A stretch of DNA of 64,000 bases, taken from positions 1 to 64,000 of the forward strand of contig CAXGMD010000001.1 of NCBI GenBank assembly GCA_964010765.1. Direction: 5' to 3'. This DNA is from an uncultured bacterium (lineage in GTDB: Bacteria; SAR324; NAC60-12). Below the pieces are notes generated by a model. That model was given only the letters and a program-made list of their open reading frames with translations, did not search any database and was not told where the DNA came from. Positions 19,959 to 28,412 of the stretch are shown here, one piece after another. The position numbers were made by a program, and so were the translations under genes. Numbering within the stretch: the stretch's first letter is position 1; each line of letters begins with the position of its first letter.

Positions 19959-20346
19959 TCTTTGCCTACTCCTGCTTCCCATGACTAATATCTTGAAGGC
20001 AGATTTCTTCAAATGGGATGTGGTAGTCTATGCGGAAGGTTATGGGTTATCGCATGAAGTCTTTGCCGTTCGGGAAGCGGGCACAATCTGGGAACAGGGT
20101 GACTGGATTTGTGAAATAAGTGATTTCTGGACTACGATCACAAGTGAACTACTACTGGAAGGGAAGACCTTGAAGTGCCAACAGGGCGAGACAGAGCGTT
20201 TCGTAACCGTCACTTGTGATTTAAATAACAGGGGTCGCCAACACAACTCCTTCAAAGAACAATTCTCCCTTACGAATGCTGGATTCCATTTAGAACCTGA
20301 AGATAGAATCAATTCTGCCTATATCCGTCTTCGCTGCTACTACTAA
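19936..20346 (+). CDS. Hypothetical exported protein
   Basis: Signal-peptide-like N-terminus; four Cys in the mature beta-rich region. Confidence 0.65.
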   Translation: MFWKRGISLCLLLLPMTNILKADFFKWDVVVYAEGYGLSHEVFAVREAGTIWEQGDWICEISDFWTTITSELLLEGKTLKCQQGETERFVTVTCDLNNRGRQHNSFKEQFSLTNAGFHLEPEDRINSAYIRLRCYY

Positions 20347-20365
20347 TTACTATCCTAGTTCCCGA

Positions 20366-21169
20366 GTGATCGCACAGATTTTGTCCTTCCTTTCGCTTCA
20401 GTTATTTAAGAGTGCAACAGTCCGTGAACTCTGGTCAAAAAACCATAGGGAGATCGAGTTCAATAGTGGGCCCTGGACACCCCTAAAAAAGCCGATTGAG
20501 GAATCTCAGATATGCTTGATTACTTCGGGGGGGCTTCATCTAGACACAGATCCCCCTTTTGATATGGGTGATCCCAACGGGGATTCCACTTTCCGCACTA
20601 TTCCTCTAGATTCTGATTCCAATAAATGGCAGATCACACACAATTACTACGATCATGCGGATGCTGAAAGAGATTGGAACCTTATTTTCCCTTTGGAGCG
20701 ACTTCGTGAATTAAGAAATTTCGGAAAAATTGGTTCTCTGTCCAGCAGCCACTTCTCTTTGATGGGACACATCACAGGTCCTCACCTACCAACATTACTT
20801 CATCAAACTGCAAAAGAGTTGGCAGATCGTTTACGAGATGAATACACAGATTTGGCGCTTCTTGTACCAGCTTGAGGACTGTGTAACCAGACGGTCGGTC
20901 TGGTACAAAGAAATCTTGAGGCAGCAGGGATCTCAACCATTAGCATAACGATTATGCGAAGTATCACGGAACGACTATTCCTCCCAAGATCCTATCACCT
21001 GCGTTATCCCTTTGGTCACGCGCTTGGGGAAGTTGGAAATCGAAGCCAACAATTGCAGATTCTGATGGATTGCCTGAACCTTCTAGAAAACGCTGAAAAA
21101 CCTGGGACCATCATGGATGCTCCTTACCTTTGGAAACGCCATCAATTTGAGGAACTTTTTCCTGCATGA
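20366..21169 (+). CDS. Selenoprotein B family protein (PrdB/GrdB-like) with Sec at TGA 20873-20875
   Basis: ORFs 20366-20875 and 20954-21169 are one reading frame separated only by TGA: ...LLVPA-U-GLCNQTVGLVQRNLEAAGISTISIT...LPR...YPFGHALG. The N-part has PWTPLKKP..LITSGG.H, GD.TFR.IP and D.NLIFPLERL motifs. A SECIS-like hairpin follows and tRNA-Sec is in the window; 267 aa. Confidence 0.9.
20882..20907 (+). promoter_or_regulatory. Bacterial SECIS-like hairpin
   Basis: TGT-A-ACCAGAC-[GGTCG]-GTCTGGT-ACA: perfect 7-bp stem with a 3-bp extension. The loop starts with G, 17 nt after the UGA. Confidence 0.8.
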
Positions 21170-24100
21170 ATTCTTCTCCGCAAAAAGCAGTTCGACAGTT
21201 GATCCGTGAAAGTCGATGCACCAATTGGTATGGCCTTCGTGGCACCTCCAAGACCATGTTGCTGTCTGAGGTAATCCGCCAACTATCCTCAATGATGGTA
21301 ATCATCACTGAGTCTTATGAGAAAGCCGAACAACTTCAGGAGGATCTAGAGTGGTTTCTGGGCCAGGAAGGTATTCGACTCTTTCCTCAGTGGGATACTC
21401 TGCCTTATGACAATTTTTCACCACATGGAGAACTTGTTGGGAGAAGGCTATCGACTCTTGAGGCACTATTATCTGGTGAAGTTCGTTGTTTGATCACAAC
21501 GCCTCAGGCACTCATGCAGAAGCTGATGCCTAGAGAAGAGTTCATTCAAGCTAGGCAACTGCTGGAAGTTGGTGACCTGATCTCAATCGAGAGTCTTCTG
21601 CGCAATCTGCCGGAGTTGGGATATGTTCAGGTGGATCGGGTAGAAGAAACAGGAGAATTTAGTACTCATGGAGAGGTGATCGATCTCTTCTTAGCTGAAT
21701 TTGAAAAGCCTCTGCGGCTTGGTTGGAGACAGGATCGCCTTTACACGATTCAACATTTTCAGATTGATACTCAGCTCACAGATACGGCTGAGCTAGAGTC
21801 TGTGAACATTCTACCGGTGAAGGAGGTCCTTTACAGTGAGAAGCACCGGCAGTTTGCTCGACAACAATTAACCAAGTACCGCGATCAAGTTGCAGAGAGC
21901 CTACGGCAACACATGCGCAAACGACTGCAGGATGCGGAGTTCTTTCCCGGCATGGAATCGTTGATTCCTTTATTCTATGAAGGCTTAGATACCTTATTAG
22001 ACTACCTGCCGAAAGATGCTTATATCGTTTTGGACGAAGCATCCAAAACCGCTGAGCGAGCGAAAAACTTCTATGATGAAGTGTTCATGGAATATGAGAT
22101 GAGCGTGCAGCAGGGCAATCTGACTGTACCTCCAGAGGAAATGTATCTGGATCATCGACAGTTTCAGGCAGAGATGGAGCGGCGTGTTCGATTACGGTGT
22201 TTTCAGCAGCGTAAGAATGAAGATGATGAGTCTTTTGTTGGCCCATCAACTTTGTTTAACACGATTGATAATCGAGGTCTGAGGCAAGGCTTTGAAAAAG
22301 CTGGTGCTGTGTCTGCAGTGGGTCATGTAATCAATTTACTCCAGGAGTGGCGTTCTCAGGGTGCTCCGATTTTCTTGAATGCCAAAACCCAAACAACTGC
22401 AGATCATTTCCGTCAACTCCTTGGTGATCTGGGAATTGAAGCTACAGTGCCCAACGGGGAGCTGAATTCAACGACTTTCCCGTGGCTTCAGTGGATAGAG
22501 TCAAACAATGAACAAGTAAATCATCGGGGTGCGTTACCAATATTTGTTGGGCCCCTTTCAGGAGGATTTCGCTGGATAGATGGGTCTGGTCAACCGGCCT
22601 TTGCCTTGTTAACGGAAGAGGAGATCTTTGGTGAAAAGAATCGGCGGAGACGTTTAAATCGAGCCCAGATTCAAGCAGTCGGTAATTCTCTGGAGGATCT
22701 GAATGAGGGGGATCATGTAGTACATCTAGATTATGGGATTGGACGGTATATGGGTTTGACCAAGATCCCAGTAGGTACATCTGATTCTGATTTTATGGTC
22801 TTGGAATATGCTCGAAATGAGAAAGTGTATGTTCCCGTGCAGAAATTTCATCTGGTTCAGAAGTACGTCAATGCAGATGGACAGTCGCCTAAACTAAACA
22901 AGCTTGGGGACAAAGCATGGACAAAGACACGCAGCAAGGTCGCAAAAGCTGTAGAAGATATTGCAGAGGAATTAACTGAAATCTACGCTGCTCGTAAGGC
23001 TAGAAAGGGGTTCTCTTTTCCAAAAGATGACTCTGAAATGCAAGAATTTGAATTGAGCTTCCCCTATGAAGAAACTCCTGATCAGAATGAAGTCATTGGA
23101 CATGTGAAGTCGGATATGGAATCCGAAATGCCAATGGATCGTCTGATCTGTGGAGATGTTGGATTTGGCAAGACCGAAGTTGCAATGAGGGCTGCTTTCA
23201 AGGCGGTTTCTGCTGGAAAACAAGTGGCCATATTAGTGCCGACCACAATTTTAGCCCAACAACATCATGTCTCGTTCTCAAAAAGATTCGAATCTTCGGC
23301 TGCTAAAGTTGAGGTGATCAGTCGATTTAGAAGCCTTGGTGAACAGAAAGAGGTACTTCGGGGTCTTCGTGACGGGACGGTAGATATTTTAATTGGCACC
23401 CATCGACTACTTTCAAAGGATGTTGAGTTCAAAGATTTAGGATTGTTGGTTGTGGATGAAGAACAACGTTTTGGGGTTAAGCACAAGGAAAGGATCAAGC
23501 AGTTTAGGGCTGAAGTGGATGTGCTGACCATGTCTGCAACACCGATCCCCAGAACGCTGCATATGTCTCTGACAGGTATCAGAGATCTGAGTATCATCAA
23601 TACGGCTCCAGCTGACCGAATGGCCGTTCGGACCAGACTGCTGAAATCCAACGACTATATTATTCAGGAAGCAGTCAGCAGAGAGATTCGAAGAGGTGGC
23701 CAGATTTATGTTGTCCATAATCGAGTAGAGTCAATCTTTCAGTATGGGAATTACTTAAAGGATATCCTACCGAATGTTCGTATTGGTGTTGGTCATGGAC
23801 AAATGGGAGAGAGTCAGCTGGAACGCTTGATGCTCGACTTTATGGACGGGCAGTACGACGTATTGGTTGCTACGACAATCATTGAGTCGGGTCTTGATAT
23901 TCCAAGAGCCAATACAATCATCATCAATAATGCGGATCAATTTGGGCTGTCCCAACTTTATCAGCTCCGTGGAAGAGTAGGGCGGAGTAATGTACAGGCT
24001 TATGCATATCTACTTGTTCCGCAGGAGAAAATACTATCCAACGTAGCTCAAGAGAGATTGAAGGTTCTACAGGAACTCAATGATTTGGGAGCTGGTTTCA

Positions 24101-24708
24101 AAGTGGCTTCGAGAGATTTGGAACTAAGGGGTGCAGGGAATTTACTTGGATCGGAACAATCTGGCCACATAGCTAGCGTTGGGCTTGAACTTTACACGCA
24201 GATGATTGATCGGGCGGTGAGAAGAATTGAGCAAGCAGCCCTCGTTTCGCTTGAGGAAATGAAGGTGCAGATTGGCTTTTTGGAGGAAAAAATTCCTGAA
24301 AGCTATATTAAAAGCACTAGTCAGCGACTGGCACTCTATAAACATTTGTCTTCAATTCAGGAGATTGATCAATTGTGGGAACTTAGGGCAGGCATTGAAA
24401 ACCGCTTTGGGACTATTCCTGAATCGGTTATCAATCTATTCAAGGAAGCGCAAGTACGCTGTTGGGGGCAGCGTTTTGGAGTACCAGGAATTGAGTTCAA
24501 GCAAAACAAACTCAGGTTACAGTTATTACCCACCACAAAAATGAAGCATGATGCCTTGGTAGAATGGCTGAGTGAGCCAAATTCCCCTCTACGATTTCAT
24601 CCAGAAACAACTTTAGAAATGTTGCAGGTTCCTCAATCGATGGATGGAATTCTTGCAGGTCTTCAGCAATTCCAAAGGATTTTTCCTGAAGCAGAAACCC
24701 ATGTTTGA
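21166..24708 (+). CDS. mfd: Transcription-repair coupling factor
   Basis: WDTLPYD, VVHLDYGIGRY, MDRLICGDVGFGKTEVA, DEEQRFGV, SATPIPRTL, QLRGRVGRS and C-terminal TRCF domain. Confidence 0.97.
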   Translation: MNSSPQKAVRQLIRESRCTNWYGLRGTSKTMLLSEVIRQLSSMMVIITESYEKAEQLQEDLEWFLGQEGIRLFPQWDTLPYDNFSPHGELVGRRLSTLEALLSGEVRCLITTPQALMQKLMPREEFIQARQLLEVGDLISIESLLRNLPELGYVQVDRVEETGEFSTHGEVIDLFLAEFEKPLRLGWRQDRLYTIQHFQIDTQLTDTAELESVNILPVKEVLYSEKHRQFARQQLTKYRDQVAESLRQHMRKRLQDAEFFPGMESLIPLFYEGLDTLLDYLPKDAYIVLDEASKTAERAKNFYDEVFMEYEMSVQQGNLTVPPEEMYLDHRQFQAEMERRVRLRCFQQRKNEDDESFVGPSTLFNTIDNRGLRQGFEKAGAVSAVGHVINLLQEWRSQGAPIFLNAKTQTTADHFRQLLGDLGIEATVPNGELNSTTFPWLQWIESNNEQVNHRGALPIFVGPLSGGFRWIDGSGQPAFALLTEEEIFGEKNRRRRLNRAQIQAVGNSLEDLNEGDHVVHLDYGIGRYMGLTKIPVGTSDSDFMVLEYARNEKVYVPVQKFHLVQKYVNADGQSPKLNKLGDKAWTKTRSKVAKAVEDIAEELTEIYAARKARKGFSFPKDDSEMQEFELSFPYEETPDQNEVIGHVKSDMESEMPMDRLICGDVGFGKTEVAMRAAFKAVSAGKQVAILVPTTILAQQHHVSFSKRFESSAAKVEVISRFRSLGEQKEVLRGLRDGTVDILIGTHRLLSKDVEFKDLGLLVVDEEQRFGVKHKERIKQFRAEVDVLTMSATPIPRTLHMSLTGIRDLSIINTAPADRMAVRTRLLKSNDYIIQEAVSREIRRGGQIYVVHNRVESIFQYGNYLKDILPNVRIGVGHGQMGESQLERLMLDFMDGQYDVLVATTIIESGLDIPRANTIIINNADQFGLSQLYQLRGRVGRSNVQAYAYLLVPQEKILSNVAQERLKVLQELNDLGAGFKVASRDLELRGAGNLLGSEQSGHIASVGLELYTQMIDRAVRRIEQAALVSLEEMKVQIGFLEEKIPESYIKSTSQRLALYKHLSSIQEIDQLWELRAGIENRFGTIPESVINLFKEAQVRCWGQRFGVPGIEFKQNKLRLQLLPTTKMKHDALVEWLSEPNSPLRFHPETTLEMLQVPQSMDGILAGLQQFQRIFPEAETHV

Positions 24709-25399
24709 TTGGCGGGAGTTATTACTTCGAAACCAGAATCAACCCGCACAAACTGACCGAACTACCCTCAAATTGTTGGAGGAACAACTTCTTCATTTGT
24801 TACCACCTGTAGTAAATGCTCTGAATGCAACCAATATTTTGCCTCTTCAGCCTATTTGGTCCAAAAACGAGATAGCTCTGAAATTCAATATAATATTGGA
24901 GGAGGTGGAACAAAGATATCTAGTGGCTTGGGATCATGTCAGAAATGCCCAGATCCAAAAACTTGAAGCCGATTATCAGAATTGGTATCAGGCCCAACTC
25001 CGTTCAGATAAATCTCTTTTCAGCACTTATTGCCAGTGGCAGGAATTGCTGATTCAGCAGCATGCTCAGGGCTGGTCTTCTTGGATTATACTCGGCTTAA
25101 AAGGACATCCATTTGTTGCCAGAGAATTGAAGAGGGAGCAATCCTTGACACCAGAGACAGAACTCTTGTTAGCAGAGTTCTTTCGGTGTGCAAAGCCTCT
25201 GCTCCAAATAGACACTGATACTGTTCTGAAGGAGTTTTATAGTTTTCAGGCTGCATTTACTCAGCAGAAACCCTTCCTACCTCGTCTATTTCAAGAAATC
25301 TCAGATGCATCAGAAAAAGAAATTTTTGAAAAGCTAGGCGACAATGAATTTGTTGAGGTAGCTAGGATTTTTTGGAACGACGTACTTGTCGGGAAGTAA
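24701..25399 (+). CDS. Hypothetical helical protein
   Basis: ATG 24701 (MFDWRELL) overlaps the mfd stop. Confidence 0.65.
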   Translation: MFDWRELLLRNQNQPAQTDRTTLKLLEEQLLHLLPPVVNALNATNILPLQPIWSKNEIALKFNIILEEVEQRYLVAWDHVRNAQIQKLEADYQNWYQAQLRSDKSLFSTYCQWQELLIQQHAQGWSSWIILGLKGHPFVARELKREQSLTPETELLLAEFFRCAKPLLQIDTDTVLKEFYSFQAAFTQQKPFLPRLFQEISDASEKEIFEKLGDNEFVEVARIFWNDVLVGK

Positions 25400-25442
25400 G
25401 AGTTCTTCTTTTGTAGAACAATAAGAAAACATTAATTTTTAA

Positions 25443-25459
25443 TTCTCATAAAATGAGAA
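25443..25459. promoter_or_regulatory. Perfect palindrome, possible upstream activator site
   Basis: TTCTCAT-AAA-ATGAGAA, about 80-100 nt upstream of a sigma54 box. Confidence 0.35.
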
Positions 25460-25540
25460 AATTATTATTTTATTTAATTTTCGTCTTTATGGAATTTAGA
25501 TAAACTTTTGAAATTATGCGATAAATTTAAGTAAAAATGA

Positions 25541-25557
25541 CTGGCAGTTCCCTTGCA
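25541..25557 (+). promoter_or_regulatory. Sigma54 (-24/-12) promoter
   Basis: CTGGCAG-TTCCC-TTGCA matches TGGCAC-N5-TTGCW with exact spacing, 80 nt upstream of ORF 25638. Confidence 0.65.
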
Positions 25558-25637
25558 AAAAAATAGCATATAAATAATTAATTGCTGTCTCAGTATTGAT
25601 TTAGCAATAAATCGTTTTTGCAGATATAAGGGAAAAT

Positions 25638-25871
25638 ATGCCTCAAAGTGTCCATGAAAGAATAGAATTTGAAGATAATCTGCTAGAAGAGCAGCAGCGC
25701 AAAGAATCTCAAAGGCAGGAAGTGCAAGACGCAATCAACCAGTTTTTAGCAAAAGGTCGACAAATTGAGATCTTACCTCCACAGCAGGTCCAAACAAGAT
25801 CAGTTGTCGGCGGGGAACAATGGAGTGATTACGAAAATATAGATGATGTCTTGCCATTCAATTCTCGATGA
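25638..25871 (+). CDS. Small acidic protein resembling the SutA RNA-polymerase-binding domain
   Basis: RKESQRQEVQDAINQFLAKGRQIEILPP resembles the SutA core (charged helix-EFL.RGGKV..I.P); AAGGGA RBS. Confidence 0.6.
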   Translation: MPQSVHERIEFEDNLLEEQQRKESQRQEVQDAINQFLAKGRQIEILPPQQVQTRSVVGGEQWSDYENIDDVLPFNSR

Positions 25872-25910
25872 GGCAGAGACTTAGAAATAAGTACAAATTT
25901 AGCAAAAAAT

Positions 25911-25962
25911 TTTGTGCAACTGCACAAATATCTTGTAATAGCAAAATTAAGTGTGCTAATTT
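25911..25962 (+). promoter_or_regulatory. Palindromic operator plus sigma70-like promoter with no downstream ORF
   Basis: TTTGTGCA-AC-TGCACAAA (25911-25928) lies next to TTGTAA-18 nt-TAATTT, which has an extended -10 TG. Confidence 0.45.
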
Positions 25963-25967
25963 AATTG

Positions 25968-26190
25968 TAAGTTTAGCACCTAAAAAAGAGTTCGATGCTG
26001 ATTCGAATTCAAAATAGCTAGCCGCAGGCCAATCTTGGTTTTCAACTCCTCCCTAAAAAAAAGTTGAAAGTTTCATGTGCCAGGAAAATCGAAAACGGTC
26101 TGACCGGTAAGATGTCTGCGGAAAAGCTATTCCTCACCATAAGCAGTTTCCTGCTGCAACTCATATTGTAAAATCCTTCCCTTTTTCAGA
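25968..26190 (+). ncRNA. Candidate structured non-coding RNA (ends approximate)
   Basis: Nested stems AATAGCT/AGCTATT, CCGCAGGC/GTCTGCGG, ATCTT/AAGAT and TTTCAACT/AGTTGAAA, with flanking hairpins. G-U pairs favour the + strand. There is an upstream promoter and no ORF. Confidence 0.5.
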
Positions 26191-26207
26191 TTCTTCTTCA
26201 AAAATTC

Positions 26208-26669
26208 TCAGTAATACTGTGGACGAAGCTCTTTAGCCGCCTTGATAAGCTGATTGCGCTGTTTGTTGAGTTTCATTACGTCCGAAGCCCATTGTAGGAC
26301 AGACCTGGCATACTCAGGGGGCAAACCTAATTTACCAGCGATACTCTTAAACAAATCTGCTTCATCACGTGTGACCTTACCGTTAATCGTGATCACTGTA
26401 GCCAAATAAAAATAAATTGTGGCAGCTTTGTTCATTTTTTCATCGAGCCGTCCTAATTCAAGTTTTGATCTTGATTTTACGGCTGTCACCAATTCAACAA
26501 TTTCACTTTCATCTTCAAGAAAGCTGATAGCAGCTTTAAGAGAAATTAGTTCCTCATTATCCACTTGGCCATCACCTAAAATGACAACACCTATTGCCTT
26601 TGCTAACCAACTCCGGCTCTCTTGTGAGAGATTGTTAATGAATTCACTTTCTAAACTTACTTCAAACAT
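26208..26669 (-). CDS. TerB-family protein
   Basis: Two repeats of the hydrophobic helix-(D/N)G.V...E motif (GDGQVDNEE, INGKVTRDE). Confidence 0.75.
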   Translation of the reverse strand: MFEVSLESEFINNLSQESRSWLAKAIGVVILGDGQVDNEELISLKAAISFLEDESEIVELVTAVKSRSKLELGRLDEKMNKAATIYFYLATVITINGKVTRDEADLFKSIAGKLGLPPEYARSVLQWASDVMKLNKQRNQLIKAAKELRPQYY

Positions 26670-26764
26670 AGCTGGTCTCTCCTGCTTAGGCTTATTAAGA
26701 CGATTTTTGAGATATTATCTTCTTCGGTTACTGCTCATTTGGTTAAGAACCAAAATACTTGGAT

Positions 26765-28408
26765 TTAGAGATCGATGGTAATTCGATAAAGTATGTCCTC
26801 CTGACTTTTTCGGTTGCTTTCGATAATTCTTTTTTCTTTAAATTCAGGGAAGATTTCGAGTTTACCCTTCAACTTTTGTAAATTCTCATAACTATCAATC
26901 GCACCATTCATTGAGAATCTATCTGAGGAAAACTCTATTCGTTCTAAAGATAATTTGGTATCAGACTCCATTAAATTAGTAAGGCGCTCCAAAAATTTTA
27001 AGCTGATATAATTTCGATCAGCAAAATTATCACTTAGTTCAAGTACTTGCATTCGCTGCGTTATTAGATTTTTTAAATGACTGATTGCCTGGTCAGCTTG
27101 AAGATTAGAGTTGGGTAGAATTTGTGAAATTTGTTGCTGCAACTGAAGATCTGAGTGAGTGATGAGTTGCTGCTTTGTTTTGATTTGAAGAAAGGAATTT
27201 CCTCCGAGTGATCCAAGAAAAATGATTGAAAGTAAGATGACTGCAGCAAGACCAAATCTATTTTGTTTAACAAATCTTTGGACAGGCGTTCCTTGTGAAA
27301 AGTGAGATAATGGATGCCGATCAAGAAAATTTGGGAAACGCTTTGGCATGTCACCTAATATGCCCCAGGGATTCCGATCTGAAGGCTCGTCAGTGCCCCT
27401 TATTCGAATGTTACTATCGACCATTGCAAGCGATTGTTCGCCATCCGTTACTTTTGTTTCAACAGATTCACTGGCCTGAAGTTGTTGCGGAGATGATTGT
27501 TCGGCATCCCCTTCTAAAACTTGTTGATCAACATGGTTAGTTTGTAGTGAGACTCTCTGATTATGCCAATTAAACAAACTTGCAAACACACCGTGGAAAG
27601 AAATAGAAAGATTTGAGTAATCCTCAACATTGCTCCTCAGGAATAAATTAATCTGTGAACACAACCATACTAATTCATTCTTAATCGGCCTCAAATTTTC
27701 AGTGTTAACAGCAAGCTTCTCTCTTAATTCGATAGCATTTTGTTCTTCACTTTGACGGTAATGGTTTTCAACAACTTCAAAAATACGGTTAGGGAATGAT
27801 TTTACCGTCAACAGATCACCCTCATAAAGGACTGAAACAAAGCACTCGTCAACTCCAACATATACTTGGAAGCACTTGCCAACTTTCCAATCACGTGGAA
27901 GAAATCCAGCAAGAAGGCTTGCAGAACTTAAAACTCCCTGAAGTTCCAAGTTTTTCTTTGAACAAAACTCAACGAGATAATCTCTTTTTTCTTTAGAAAC
28001 TAACTGAATAAGCGCTTTTGCTTGACCCTCATCAACCAGTTTTATTTGATAAGTGTAATGATAGTCTTCAAGGTGGCCTAAGATCTCATTTCCAAGCTCA
28101 AAAGGGAGAACTTGTTTGATTTTTCTAGTATCCTGAAAAGGAAATACTAATGTACGGAAGGTGATTTCTTCAGAGGGAAGCACAAATAGAACTCTGGTAT
28201 CCTTCAATGGATGAGAATTTATGTATTCATTGACATTTTTATCGAACTTCTCCAGGACTTTCGTCTCGGAGTCAGTGCCATTTTCTTTAACTAGAAAAAA
28301 CTGGCTATCAAGCCTGGTCAACAAATTAATCTCGGATCCACGCCGTTCAACATAATTTGCTTCAATACATCCAGGATGTGCTGAGAGGACGTAGGTTCGC
28401 CTGTCCAT
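26765..28408 (-). CDS. Type II secretion GspL-like protein (PilM-like N-terminus, TM, PilN-like C-terminus)
   Basis: LP...ITFRTL.FPF.D.RKIKQVLPFEL; single TM; C-terminal LERIEF..DRFSMNG...SYENL..LK. The start is probably ATG 28408. Confidence 0.7.
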   Translation of the reverse strand: MDRRTYVLSAHPGCIEANYVERRGSEINLLTRLDSQFFLVKENGTDSETKVLEKFDKNVNEYINSHPLKDTRVLFVLPSEEITFRTLVFPFQDTRKIKQVLPFELGNEILGHLEDYHYTYQIKLVDEGQAKALIQLVSKEKRDYLVEFCSKKNLELQGVLSSASLLAGFLPRDWKVGKCFQVYVGVDECFVSVLYEGDLLTVKSFPNRIFEVVENHYRQSEEQNAIELREKLAVNTENLRPIKNELVWLCSQINLFLRSNVEDYSNLSISFHGVFASLFNWHNQRVSLQTNHVDQQVLEGDAEQSSPQQLQASESVETKVTDGEQSLAMVDSNIRIRGTDEPSDRNPWGILGDMPKRFPNFLDRHPLSHFSQGTPVQRFVKQNRFGLAAVILLSIIFLGSLGGNSFLQIKTKQQLITHSDLQLQQQISQILPNSNLQADQAISHLKNLITQRMQVLELSDNFADRNYISLKFLERLTNLMESDTKLSLERIEFSSDRFSMNGAIDSYENLQKLKGKLEIFPEFKEKRIIESNRKSQEDILYRITIDL

Positions 28409-28412
28409 ATTT

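Noticed and set aside
20366..21169. Pseudogene or two separate genes
   Set aside because: The TGA falls at the family's redox UxxC position, has a SECIS-like hairpin, and tRNA-Sec is present.
25911..25928. Assigning the palindrome to Rex or CRP
   Set aside because: The spacer is 2 nt shorter than either consensus; left unassigned.
25953..25979. CIRCE-like half sites GTGCTAA and TTAGCAC
   Set aside because: The half sites are in reverse order and the spacing does not fit TTAGCACTC-N9-GAGTGCTAA.
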